From Eledone cirrhosa (Eukaryota), in contig CAXHJY010001738.1 of the NCBI GenBank assembly GCA_964016885.1, forward strand, positions 1-64,000: a stretch of 64,000 nt of DNA, read 5' to 3'. A program made the translations under genes and the position numbers. Shown piece by piece: positions 30,001-42,639 of this stretch; within the stretch, counting starts at the first letter, position 1, and the number at the start of each line of letters is the position of its first letter. The notes under the pieces are model-generated. The model had not been told where the DNA came from and searched no databases. It saw only the letters and a program-made list of their open reading frames with translations.

Positions 30001-33000
30001 ATAACGTCTGAAGAGTTCAAGCTACCATAACTGATAGTCCTCAGTGAAATATGTATAACGTCTGAAGAGTTCAAGCTACCATAACTGATAGTCCTCAGTG
30101 AAATATGTATAACGTCTGAAGAGTTCAAGTTGTCATAACTGATAGTCCTCAGTGGAATATGTATAACGTCTGAAGAGCTCAAGTTGTCATAACTGATAGT
30201 CCTCAGTGGAATATGTATAACGTCTGAAGAGTTCAAGCTACCATAACTGATAGTCCTCAGTGGAATATGTATAACGTCTGAAGAGTTCAAGCTACCATAA
30301 CTGATAGTCCTCAGTGAAATATGTATAACGTCTGAAGAGTTCAAGCTACCATAACTGATAGTCCTCAGTGAAATATGTATAACGTCTGAAGAGCTCAAGT
30401 TGTCATAACTGATAGTCCTCAGTGGAATATGTATAACGTCTGAAGAGTTCAAGCTACCATAACTGATAGTCCTCAGTGAAATATGTATAACGTCTGAAGA
30501 GCTCAAGTTGTCATAACTGATAGTCCTCAGTGGAATATGTATAACGTCTGAAGAGTTCAAGCTACCATAACTGATAGTCCTCAGTGGAATATGTATAACG
30601 TCTGAAGAGTTCAAGCTACCATAACTGATAGTCCTCAGTGGAATATGTATAACGTCTGAAGAGCTCAAGCTACCATAACTGATAGTCCTCAGTGGAATAT
30701 ATATAACGTCTGAAGAGCTCAAGCTACCATAACTGATAGTCCTCAGTGGAATATGTATAACGTCTGAAGAGCTCAAGCTACCATAACTGATAGTCCTCAG
30801 TGGAATATATATAACGTCTGAAGAGCTCAAGCTACCATAACTGATAGTCCTCAGTGGAATATGTATAACGTCTGAAGAGCTCAAGCTACCATAACTGATA
30901 GTCCTCAGTGAAATATGTATAACGTCTGAAGAGTTCAAGCTACCATAACTGATAGTCCTCAGTGGAATATATATAACGTCTGAAGAGTTCAAGCTACCAT
31001 AACTGATAGTCCTCAGTGGAATATGTATAACGTCTGAAGAGCTCAAGCCACCATAACTGATAGTCCTCAGTGGAATATATATAACGTCTGAAGAGCTCAA
31101 GCTACCATAACTGATAGTCCTCAGTGGAATATGTATAACGTCTGAAGAGCGCAAGCTACCATAACTGATAGTCCTCAGTTGAATATGTATAACGTCTGAA
31201 GAGCTCAAGCTACCACAACTGATAGTCCTCAGTGAAATATGTATAACGTCTGAAGAGCTCAAGCTACCATAACTGATAATCCTCAGTGAAATATGTATAA
31301 CGTCTGAAGAGTTCAAGCTACCATAACTGATAGTCCTCAGTGGAATATGTATAACGTCTGAAGAGTTCAAGCTACCATAACTGATAGTCCTCAGTGGAAT
31401 ATGTATAACGTCTGAAGAGTTCAAGCTACCATAACTGATAGTCCTCAGTGAAATATGTATAACGTCTGAAGAGTTCAAGATACCATAACTGATAGTCCTC
31501 AGTGGAATATGTATAACGTCTAGAGAGTTCAAGCTACCATAACTGATAGTCCTCAGTGGAATATGTATAACGTCTGAAGAGTTCAAGCTACCATAACTGA
31601 TAGTCCTCAGTGGAATATGTATAACGTCTGTAGAGTTCAAGCTACCATAACTGATAGTCCTCCGTGAAATATGTATAACGTCTGAAGAGTTCAAGCTACC
31701 ATAACTGATAGTCCTCAGTGAAATATGTATAACGTCTGAAGAGTTCAAGCTACCATAACTGATAGTCCTCAGTGGAATATGTATAACGTCTGAAGAGTTC
31801 AAGCTACCATAACTGATAGTCCTCCGTGAAATATGTATAACGTCTGAAGAGTTCAAGCTACCATAACTGATAGTCCTCAGTGGAATATATATAACGTCTG
31901 AAGAGTTCAAGTTACCATAACTGATAGTCCTCAGTGGAATATATATAACGTCTGAAGAGTTCAAGCTACCATAACTGATAGTACTCAGTGGAATATGTAT
32001 AAGGTCTGAAGAGTTCAAGTTATCATAACTGATAGTCCTCAGTGGAATATGTATAAGGTCTGAAGAGTTCAAGCTGTCATAACTGATAGTCCTCAGTGAA
32101 ATATGTATAAGGTCTGAAGAGTTCAAGTTATCATAACTGATAGTCCTCAGTGGAATATGTATAACGTCTGAAGAGCTCAAGCTACCATAACTGATAATCC
32201 TCAGTGAAATATGTATAACGTCTGAAGAGCTCAAGTTGTCATAACTGATAGTCCTCAGTGGAATATGTATAACGTCTGAAGAGTTCAAGCTACCATAACT
32301 GATAGTCCTCAGTGGAATATGTATAACGTCTGAAGAGTTCAAGCTACCATAACTGATAGTCCTCAGTGGAATATGTATAACGTCTGAAGAGCTCAAGCTA
32401 CCATAACTGATAGTCCTCGGTGGAATATGTATAACGTCTGAAGAGTTCAAGCTACCATAACTGATAGTCCTCAGTGGAATATATATAACGTCTGAAGAGT
32501 TCAAGCTACCATAACTTATAGTCCTCAGTGCAATATGTATAACGTCTGAAGAGTTCAAGCTACCATAACTGATAGTCCTCAGTGGAATATGTATAACGTC
32601 TGAAGAGCTCAAGCCACCATAACTGATAGTCCTCAGTGGAATATATATAACGTCTGAAGAGCTCAAGCTACCATAACTGATAGTCCTCGGTGGAATATGT
32701 ATAACGTCTGAAGAGCGCAAGCTACCATAACTGATAGTCCTCAGTGGAATATGTATAACGTCTGAAGAGTTCAAGCTACCATAACTGATAGTCCTCAGTG
32801 AAATATGTATAACGTCTGAAGAGTTCAAGCTACCATAACTGATAGTCCTCAGTGAAATATGTATAACGTCTGAAGAGTTCAAGCTACCATAACTGATAGT
32901 CCTCAGTGAAATATGTATAACGTCTGAAGAGTTCAAGCTACCATAACTGATAGTCCTCAGTGAAATATGTATAACGTCTGAAGAGCGCAAGCTACCATAA

Positions 33001-36000
33001 CTGATAGTCCTCAGTGGAATATGTATAACGTCTAGAGAGTTCAAGCTACCATAACTGATAGTCCTCAGTGAAATATGTATAACGTCTGAAGAGTTCAAGC
33101 TACCATAACTGATAGTCCTCAGTGAAATATGTATAACGTCTGAAGAGTTCAAGCTACCATAACTGATAGTCCTCAGTGAAATATGTATAACGTCTGAAGA
33201 GCGCAAGCTACCATAACTGATAGTCCTCAGTGGAATATGTATAACGTCTAGAGAGTTCAAGCTACCATAACTGATAGTCCTCAGTGAAATATGTATAACG
33301 TCTGAAGAGTTCAAGTTACCATAACTGATAGTCCTCAGTGGAATATATATAACGTCTGAAGAGTTCAAGTTACCATAACTGATAGTCCTCAGTGGAATAT
33401 GTATAACGTCTGAAGAGTTCAAGCTACCATAACTGATAGTCCTCAGTGAAATATGTATAACGTCTGAAGAGTTCAACCTACCATAACTGATAGTCCTCAG
33501 TGAAATATGTATAACGTCTGAAGAGTTCAAGCTACCATAACTGATAGTCCTCAGTGGAATATGTATAACGTCTGAAGAGTTCAAGCTACCATAACTGATA
33601 GTCCTCAGTGAAATATGTATAACGTCTGAAGAGTTCAACCTACCATAACTGATAGTCCTCAGTGGAATATGTATAACGTCTGAAGAGTTCAAGCTACCAT
33701 AACTGATAGTCCTCAGTGAAATATGTATAACGTCTGAAGAGTTCAACCTACCATAACTGATAGTCCTCAGTGGAATATGTATAACGTCTGAAGAGTTCAA
33801 GCTACCATAACTGATAGTCCTCAGTGAAATATGTATAACGTCTGAAGAGCTCAAGCTACCATAACTGATAGTCCTCAGTGAAATATGTATAACGTCTGAA
33901 GAGTTCAACCTACCATAACTGATAGTCCTCAGTGAAATATGTATAACGTCTGAAGAGTTCAAGCTACCATAACTGATAGTCCTCAGTGGAATATGTATAA
34001 CGTCTGAAGAGTTCAAGCTACCATAACTGATAGTCCTCAGTGAAATATGTATAACGTCTGAAGAGTTCAACCTACCATAACTGATAGTCCTCAGTGGAAT
34101 ATGTATAACGTCTGAAGAGTTCAAGCTACCATAACTGATAGTCCTCAGTGAAATATGTATAACGTCTGAAGAGCTCAAGCTACCATAACTGATAGTCCTC
34201 AGTGGAATATGTATAACGTCTGAAGAGTTCAAGCTACCATAACTGATAGTCCTCAGTGGAATATGTATAACGTCTGAAGAGTTCAAGCTACCATAACTGA
34301 TAGTCCTCAGTGAAATATGTATAACGTCTGAAGAGTTCAAGCTACCGTAACTGATAGTACTCAGTGAAATATGTATAACGTCTGAAGAGCTCAAGCTACC
34401 ATAACTGATAGTCCTCAGTGGAATATGTATAACGTCTGAAGAGTTCAAGCTACCATAACTGATAGTCCTCAGTGGAATATGTATAACGTCTGAAGAGTTC
34501 AAGCTACCATAACTGATAGTCCTCAGTGGAATATGTATAACGTCTGAAGAGCTCAAGCTACCATAACTGATAGTCCTCAGTGAAATATGTATAACGTCTG
34601 AAGAGTTCAAGCTACCGTAACTGATAGTACTCAGTGAAATATGTATAACGTCTGAAGAGTTCAAGCTACCATAACTGATAGTCCTCAGTGGAATATGTAT
34701 AACGTCTGAAGAGTTCAAGCTACCATAACTGATAGTCCTCAGTGAAATATGTATAACGTCTGAAGAGTTCAAGCTACCGTAACTGATAGTACTCAGTGAA
34801 ATATGTATAACGTCTGAAGAGTTCAAGCTACCATAACTGATAGTCCTCAGTGGAATATGTATAACGTCTGAAGAGTTCAAGTTACCATAACTGATAGTCC
34901 TCAGTGAAATATGTATAACGTCTGAAGAGCTCAAGCTACCATAACTGATAGTCCTCAGTGGAATATGTATAACGTCTGAAGAGTTCAAGCTACCATAACT
35001 GATAGTCCTCAGTGAAATATGTATAACGTCTGAAGAGCTCAAGCTACCATAACTGATAGTCCTCAGTGGAATATGTATAACGTCTGAAGAGTTCAAGTTA
35101 CCATAACTGATAGTCCTCAGTGGAATATGTATAACGTCTGAAGAGTTCAAGCTACCATAACTGATAGTCCTCAGTGAAATATGTATAACGTCTGAAGAGC
35201 TCAAGCTGTCATAACTGATAGTCCTCAGTGGAATATGTATAACGTCTGAAGAGTTCAAGCTACCATAACTGATAGTCCTCAGTGAAATATGTATAACGTC
35301 TGAAGAGTTCAAGCTACCATAACTGATAGTCCTCAGTGAAATATGTATAACGTCTGAAGAGTTCAAGCTACCATAACTGATAGTCCTCAGTGGAATATGT
35401 ATAACGTCTGAAGAGTTCAAGCTACCATAACTGATAGTCCTCAGTGAAATATGTATAACGTCTGAAGAGTTCAAGCTACCATAACTGATAGTCCTCAGTG
35501 GAATATGTATAACGTCTGAAGAGTTCAAGCTACCATAACTGATAGTCCTCAGTGAAATATGTATAACGTCTGAAGAGCTCAAGCTGTCATAACTGATAGT
35601 CCTCAGTGGAATATGTATAACGTCTGAAGAGTTCAAGCTACCATAACTGATAGTCCTCAGTGGAATATGTATAACGTCTGAAGAGTTCAAGCTACCATAA
35701 CTGATAGTCCTCAGTGGAATATGTATAACGTCTGAAGAGTTCAAGCTACCATAACTGATAGTCCTCAGTGAAATATGTATAACGTCTGAAGAGCTCAAGC
35801 TGTCATAACTGATAGTCCTCAGTGGAATATGTATAACGTCTGAAGAGTTCAAGCTACCATAACTGATAGTCCTCAGTGAAATATGTATAACGTCTGAAGA
35901 GTTCAAGCTACCATAACTGATAGTCCTCAGTGGAATATGTATAACGTCTGAAGAGTTCAAGCTACGATAACTGATAGTCCTCAGTGAAATATGTATAACG

Positions 36001-39000
36001 TCTGAAGAGTTCAAGCTACCATAACTGATAGTCCTCAGTGGAATATGTATAACGTCTGAAGAGTTCAAGCTACCATAACTGATAGTCCTCAGTGGAATAT
36101 GTATAACGTCTGAAGAGTTCAAGCTACGATAACTGATAGTCCTCAGTGAAATATGTATAACGTCTGAAGAGCTCAAGCTGTCATAACTGATAGTCCTCAG
36201 TGGAATATGTATAACGTCTGAAGAGTTCAAGCTACGATAACTGATAGTCCTCAGTGAAATATGTATAACGTCTGAAGAGTTCAAGCTACCATAACTGATA
36301 GTCCTCAGTGGAATATATATAACGTCTGAAGAGTTCAAGCTACCATAACTGATAGTCCTCAGTGGAATATGTATAACGTCTGAAGAGTTCAAGCTACCAT
36401 AACTGATAGTCCTCAGTGAAATATGTATAACGTCTGAAGAGCTCAAGCTGTCATAACTGATAGTCCTCAGTGGAATATGTATAACGTCTGAAGAGTTCAA
36501 GCTACCATAACTGATAGTCCTCAGTGAAATATGTATAACGTCTGAAGAGTTCAAGCTACCATAACTGATAGTCCTCAGTGGAATATGTATAACGTCTGAA
36601 GAGTTCAAGCTACGATAACTGATAGTCCTCAGTGAAATATGTATAACGTCTGAAGAGTTCAAGCTACCATAACTGATAGTCCTCAGTGGAATATGTATAA
36701 CGTCTGAAGAGTTCAAGCTACCATAACTGATAGTCCTCAGTGGAATATGTATAACGTCTGAAGAGTTCAAGCTACGATAACTGATAGTCCTCAGTGAAAT
36801 ATGTATAACGTCTGAAGAGCTCAAGCTGTCATAACTGATAGTCCTCAGTGGAATATGTATAACGTCTGAAGAGTTCAAGCTACCATAACTGATAGTCCTC
36901 AGTGGAATATGTATAACGTCTGAAGAGTTCAAGCTACCATAACTGATAGTCCTCAGTGAAATATGTATAACGTCTGAAGAGTTCAAGCTACCATAACTGA
37001 TAGTCCTCAGTGGAATATGTATAACGTCTGAAGAGTTCAAGCTACCATAACTGATAGTCCTCAGTGGAATATGTATAACGTCTGAAGAGTTCAAGCTACC
37101 ATAACTGATAGTCCTCAGTGAAATATGTATAACGTCTGAAGAGTTCAAGCTACCATAACTGATAGTCCTCAGTGAAATATGTATAACGTCTGAAGAGTTC
37201 AAGCTACCATAACTGATAGTCCTCAGTGGAATATGTATAACGTCTGAAGAGTTCAAGCTACCATAACTGATAGTCCTCAGTGAAATATGTATAACGTCTG
37301 AAGAGTTCAAGCTACCATAACTGATAGTCCTCAGTGAAATATGTATAACGTCTGAAGAGTTCAAGCTACCATAACTGATAGTCCTCAGTGAAATATGTAT
37401 AACGTCTGAAGAGTTCAAGCTACCATAACTGATAGTCCTCAGTGGAATATATATAACGTCTGAAGAGTTCAAGCTACCATAACTGATAGTCCTCAGTGGA
37501 ATATGTATAACGTCTGAAGAGCTCAAGCTACCATAACTGATAGTCCTCAGTGAAATATGTATAACGTCTGAAGAGTTCAAGCTACCATAACTGATAGTCC
37601 TCAGTGGAATATGTATAACGTCTGAAGAGCTCAAGCTACCATAACTGATAGTCCTCAGTGAAATATGTATAACGTCTGAAGAGCTCAAGCTACCATAACT
37701 GATAGTCCTCAGTGGAATATGTATAACGTCTGAAGAGCTCAAGCTACCATAACTGATAGTCCTCAGTGGAATATGTATAACGTCTGAAGAGCTCAAGCTA
37801 CCATAACTGATAGTCCTCAGTGAAATATGTATAACGTCTGAAGAGTTCAAGCTACCATAACTGATAGTCCTCAGTGGAATATATATAACGTCTGAAGAGT
37901 TCAAGCTACCATAACTGATAGTCCTCAGTGAAATATGTATAACGTCTGAAGAGCTCAAGCTACCGTAACTGATAGTCCTCAGTGGAATATATATAACGTC
38001 TGAAGAGTTCAAGCTACCATAACTGATAGTCCTCAGTGGAATATGTATAACGTCTGAAGAGTTCAAGCTACCATAACTGATAGTCCTCAGTGGAATATGT
38101 ATAACGTCTGAAGAGCTCAAGCTACCATAACTGATAGTCCTCAGTGAAATATGTATAACGTCTGAAGAGTTCAAGCTACCATAACTGATAGTCCTCAGTG
38201 GAATATGTATAACGTCTGAAGAGCTCAAGCTACCATAACTGATAGTCCTCAGTGAAATATGTATAACGTCTGAAGAGCTCAAGCTACCATAACTGATAGT
38301 CCTCAGTGGAATATGTATAACGTCTGAAGAGCTCAAGCTACCATAACTGATAGTCCTCAGTGGAATATGTATAACGTCTGAAGAGCTCAAGCTACCATAA
38401 CTGATAGTCCTCAGTGAAATATGTATAACGTCTGAAGAGTTCAAGCTACCATAACTGATAGTCCTCAGTGGAATATATATAACGTCTGAAGAGTTCAAGC
38501 TACCATAACTGATAGTCCTCAGTGAAATATGTATAACGTCTGAAGAGCTCAAGCTACCGTAACTGATAGTCCTCAGTGGAATATATATAACGTCTGAAGA
38601 GTTCAAGCTACCATAACTGATAGTCCTCAGTGGAATATGTATAACGTCTGAAGAGTTCAAGCTACCATAACTGATAGTCCTCAGTGGAATATGTATAACG
38701 TCTGAAGAGTTCAAGTTACCATAACTGATAGTCCTCAGTGGAATATGTATAACGTCTGAAGAGTTCAAGTTACCATAACTGATAGTCCTCAGTGAAATAT
38801 GTATAACGTCTGAAGAGTTCAAGCTACCATAACTGATAGTCCTCAGTGAAATATGTATAACGTCTGAAGAGCACAAGCTACCATAACTGATAGTCCTCAG
38901 TGAAATATGTATAACGTCTGAAGAGCTCAAGCTACCATAACTGATAGTCCTCAGTGAAATATGTATAACGTCTGAAGAGCTCAAGCTACCATAACTGATA

Positions 39001-40912
39001 GTCCTCAGTGAAATATGTATAACGTCTGAAGAGCTCAAGCTACCATAACTGATAGTCCTCAGTGAAATATCTATAACGTCTGAAGAGCTCAAGCTACCAT
39101 AACTGATAGTCCTCAGTGAAATATGTATAACGTCTGAAGAGCTCAAGCTACCATAACTGATAGTCCTCAGTGAAATATGTATAACGTCTGAAGAGCTCAA
39201 GCTACCATAACTGATAGTCCTCAGTGAAATATGTATAACGTCTGAAGAGCTCAAGCTACCATAACTGATAGTCCTCAGTGAAATATGTATAACGTCTGAA
39301 GAGCTCAAGCTACCGTAACTGATAGTCCTCAGTGGAATATGTATAACGTCTGAAGAGTTCAAGCTACCATAACTGATAGTCCTCAGTGGAATATGTATAA
39401 CGTCTGAAGAGTTCAAGCTACCATAACTGATAGTCCTCAGTGAAATATGTATAACGTCTGAAGAGCACAAGCTACCATAACTGATAGTCCTCAGTGAAAT
39501 ATGTATAACGTCTGAAGAGCTCAAGCTACCATAACTGATAGTCCTCAGTGAAATATGTATAACGTCTGAAGAGCTCAAGCTACCATAACTGATAGTCCTC
39601 AGTGAAATATGTATAACGTCTGAAGAGCTCAAGCTACCATAACTGATAGTCCTCAGTGAAATATGTATAACGTCTGAAGAGCTCAAGCTACCGTAACTGA
39701 TAGTCCTCAGTGGAATATGTATAACGTCTGAAGAGTTCAAGCTACCATAACTGATAGTCCTCAGTGGAATATGTATAACGTCTGAAGAGTTCAAGCTACC
39801 ATAACTGATAGTCCTCAGTGAAATATGTATAACGTCTGAAGAGCACAAGCTACCATAACTGATAGTCCTCAGTGAAATATGTATAACGTCTGAAGAGCTC
39901 AAGCTACCATAACTGATAGTCCTCAGTGAAATATGTATAACGTCTGAAGAGCTCAAGCTACCATAACTGATAGTCCTCAGTGAAATATGTATAACGTCTG
40001 AAGAGCTCAAGCTACCATAACTGATAGTCCTCAGTGAAATATGTATAACGTCTGAAGAGCTCAAGCTACCATAACTGATAGTCCTCAGTGAAATATGTAT
40101 AACGTCTGAAGAGCTCAAGCTACCATAACTGATAGTCCTCAGTGAAATATGTATAACGTCTGAAGAGCTCAAGCTACCATAACTGATAGTCCTCAGTGAA
40201 ATATGTATAACGTCTGAAGAGCTCAAGCTACCGTAACTGATAGTCCTCAGTGGAATATGTATAACGTCTGAAGAGTTCAAGTTACCATAACTGATAGTCC
40301 TCAGTGGAATATGTATAACGTCTGAAGAGTTCAAGCTACCATAACTGATAGTCCTCAGTGAAATATGTATAACGTCTGAAGAGCACAAGCTACCATAACT
40401 GATAGTCCTCAGTGAAATATGTATAACGTCTGAAGAGCTCAAGCTACCATAACTGATAGTCCTCAGTGAAATATGTATAACGTCTGAAGAGCTCAAGCTA
40501 CCATAACTGATAGTCCTCAGTGAAATATGTATAACGTCTGAAGAGCTCAAGCTACCATAACTGATAGTCCTCAGTGAAATATGTATAACGTCTGAAGAGC
40601 TCAAGCTACCGTAACTGATAGTCCTCAGTGGAATATGTATAACGTCTGAAGAGTTCAAGCTACCATAACTGATAGTCCTCAGTGAAATATGTATAACGTC
40701 TGAAGAGCTCAAGCTACCATAACTGATAGTCCTCAGTGGAATATGTATAACGTCTGAAGAGCTCAAGCTACCGTAACTGATAGTCCTCAGTGAAATATGT
40801 ATAACGTCTGAAGAGTTCAAGCTACCATAGCTGATAGTCCTCAGTGGAATATGTATAACGTCTGAAGAGTTCAAGCTACTATAACTGATAGTCCTCAGTG
40901 GAATACGTATAA
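1..40912. repeat. 54-bp tandem satellite, about 757 units, continues off the left edge
   Basis: Consensus ACGTCTGAAGAG(T/C)TCAAGCTACCATAACTGATAGTCCTCAGTG(G/A)AATAT(G/A)TATA repeats head-to-tail. Phase is kept across the array (one reading frame over 7383-40874). Homology ends at 40912. Confidence 0.99.
250..307 (+). ncRNA. Representative hammerhead-ribozyme-like unit of the satellite (type I, GAAA variant)
   Basis: ACGT 250-253; CTGAAGA 254-260; stem II region 261-291; GAAA 292-295; stem III A295-T302, T296-A301, A297-T300; AUA triplet 301-303; ACGT 304-307 pairs with 250-253. Confidence 0.7.
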
Positions 40913-40941
40913 TTGAGTTTTAAATAACCCTGAATCAACTG

Positions 40942-41019
40942 ATTATGGCCTCTGATTGTTTGCTAACATATATATATATATATATATATATACGTTAGCA
41001 AACAATCAGAGGTCATAAT
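40942..41019. repeat. 26-bp inverted repeat flanking a (TA)n tract
   Basis: ATTATGGCCTCTGATTGTTTGCTAAC (40942-40967) vs GTTAGCAAACAATCAGAGGTCATAAT (40994-41019), 1 mismatch. Confidence 0.92.
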
Positions 41020-41200
41020 ATATTCTGTATACAATGAAGCAACTCAACATCTAGCACTCAACGTCATATTAGTTCCTAAAACAAAGATGGCGGAGTATAT
41101 TAATAAAGAGAAGCGGGCGCTCCAAGCAAAAACACATTTTTTTAGTCCCCTCCCTTTCACCCAAAATTCCCTCAGAAATGTTGCCTTGTAATCAATGTTT

Positions 41201-41250
41201 GCTCTCTGAAGAACTCGCGTATCTATCGTAACTGAAATACGTATAACGCT
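41201..41250 (+). ncRNA. Solitary degenerate hammerhead-like motif related to the satellite monomer
   Basis: CTGAAGA 41206-41212 and GAAATACGTATAACG 41234-41248 (same as the satellite core), followed by AATAAA and a TA-rich tract. Stems I and II pair poorly. Confidence 0.5.
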
Positions 41251-41297
41251 TCAATTAATAAAGGACCATAACATCTTCTTTATATATACTGTATATA

Positions 41298-41509
41298 TAG
41301 AAGTAGTAAGACAACAGTTAGTTCACCTTACCGAGAACAGTTGTTTCATGTTAAGCAGATCTACAGCTCGGAGTCCGAGCTGTAGATCCGCTTAACATGA
41401 AACAACTGTTCTCGGTAAAGTGAACTAACTGTTGTGTTACTACTTCTACGAAACTCGTCCCATGGACTGAGTGCTCTACCACTACGGATATTACCTTCCA
41501 GTCTTCTAC

Positions 41510-41518
<9 letters not shown>
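41298..41518 (+). mobile_element. Fold-back insertion between TA tracts, probable truncated PLE 3' end
   Basis: 75-bp arms 41298-41372 and 41374-41448 (3 mismatches, 1-nt centre) plus an unpaired tail of about 70 nt. TA repeats on both sides. Confidence 0.65.
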
Positions 41519-41543
<25 letters not shown>

Positions 41544-42178
41544 AATGAGAGGTATATATATATATATATATACGCTTTAAACAAGGGATCTCAAAGTCAG
41601 TGCCTGAAAAGGGCCATAACGTTATAGGGAAGAGGCCGAACGGGTGAAGAGGTGGTGTGATATCCACCAGTTATAACACTACAATACAGCTGCTAGCTTG
41701 CTAGATATTTTAAACCATATTACACATATAATAGTAGGTGGGATATGTGAGTTAGTGCAACATGTATTTACGTTTCCACTTTCAGTAAATTCCATTTTTA
41801 TTTTTTCGATTTAATCTTATTTCATGAGTAAATTAAAATGAATTTTACTATAAATATTATTTAACGGGGAGCAAGTTTTAGGAAAATATTAATGAGGAAA
41901 GTTGTTCTACCACTGGCAATAAAAATAGTTTGAGGGTCAAGTATCTGAGAGACCTGATTTAAGCAATCTTCCTAAGTAAAATGAATTTTTGAATGAAACA
42001 AGTGAATACACAAAGATTTATATTTTTTGAACAGTGTAATGAAGATTTTGAAGGTGTGTGTTTGTATTTGTGTGTGTAAGCCACTGTGTGTATGTGTATG
42101 TGTGTCAGTGCTGTTGGAGTGTTCTCAGCTGTCCAAATTGTGGTGAACATCTGACTGATAAAATGACAAGTCAGTCAA

Positions 42179-42429
42179 TCATATTGGTGGCCTCCCCACA
42201 GCCCCGACGGACAGAATGGAGAAGGCGTTTCCCTAGAGGACGGCAAGGAAGACGCGCTGGAAAAGCCACTCCAGCTCGCTAGGCTCACACCTGCGGCTGG
42301 CCAGCTCAGCACCTATGGTGGTAAGTAGGGAGGTAGCCCTATGGCCTAGGACACCAGAAGTCTCCACTGCCAAGGGTACAACCGCAAACCTGTCGGAGAG
42401 CGACCGGTATTTGAAGAGTTTGGCCTCCT
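42179..42429 (-). pseudogene. C-terminal fragment of a CRE-clade non-LTR retrotransposon (restriction-like endonuclease region)
   Basis: Manual translation EAKLFKYRSLSDRFAVVPLAVETSGVLGHRATSLLTTIGAELASRRCEPSELEWLFQRVFLAVL*GNAFSIL fits the CRE pattern KxxKY..P.AVET.G..G..QR.S.AVQRGNA. One internal stop. Confidence 0.75.
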
Positions 42430-42595
42430 TGTGTTGTATATCTCAATAACAATAGAATGTAATGGTTACATGGTTTGGGGACAATACAACAATGTGAACC
42501 ATCTTACCACTGAGAGGGGCATAAAGTGACCATGGACTTCCACAGAACGATGCTGCTTTCTCCCTATTAAACCTCCAATGGAACACAAGGCAAAA

Positions 42596-42637
<42 letters not shown>

Positions 42638-42639
<2 letters not shown>

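Noticed and set aside
7383-40874. 11,163-aa giant repeat protein (and the 327-aa ORF at 6357-7340)
   Set aside because: The start is TTG inside a repeat unit, with no unique N- or C-terminal domain. A stop-free 54-bp unit gives an open frame automatically. The common variants are non-synonymous (P/S, N/S, H/Y, G/D) and stops occur.
1-40912. CRISPR array
   Set aside because: No unique spacers, no cas genes, eukaryotic context.
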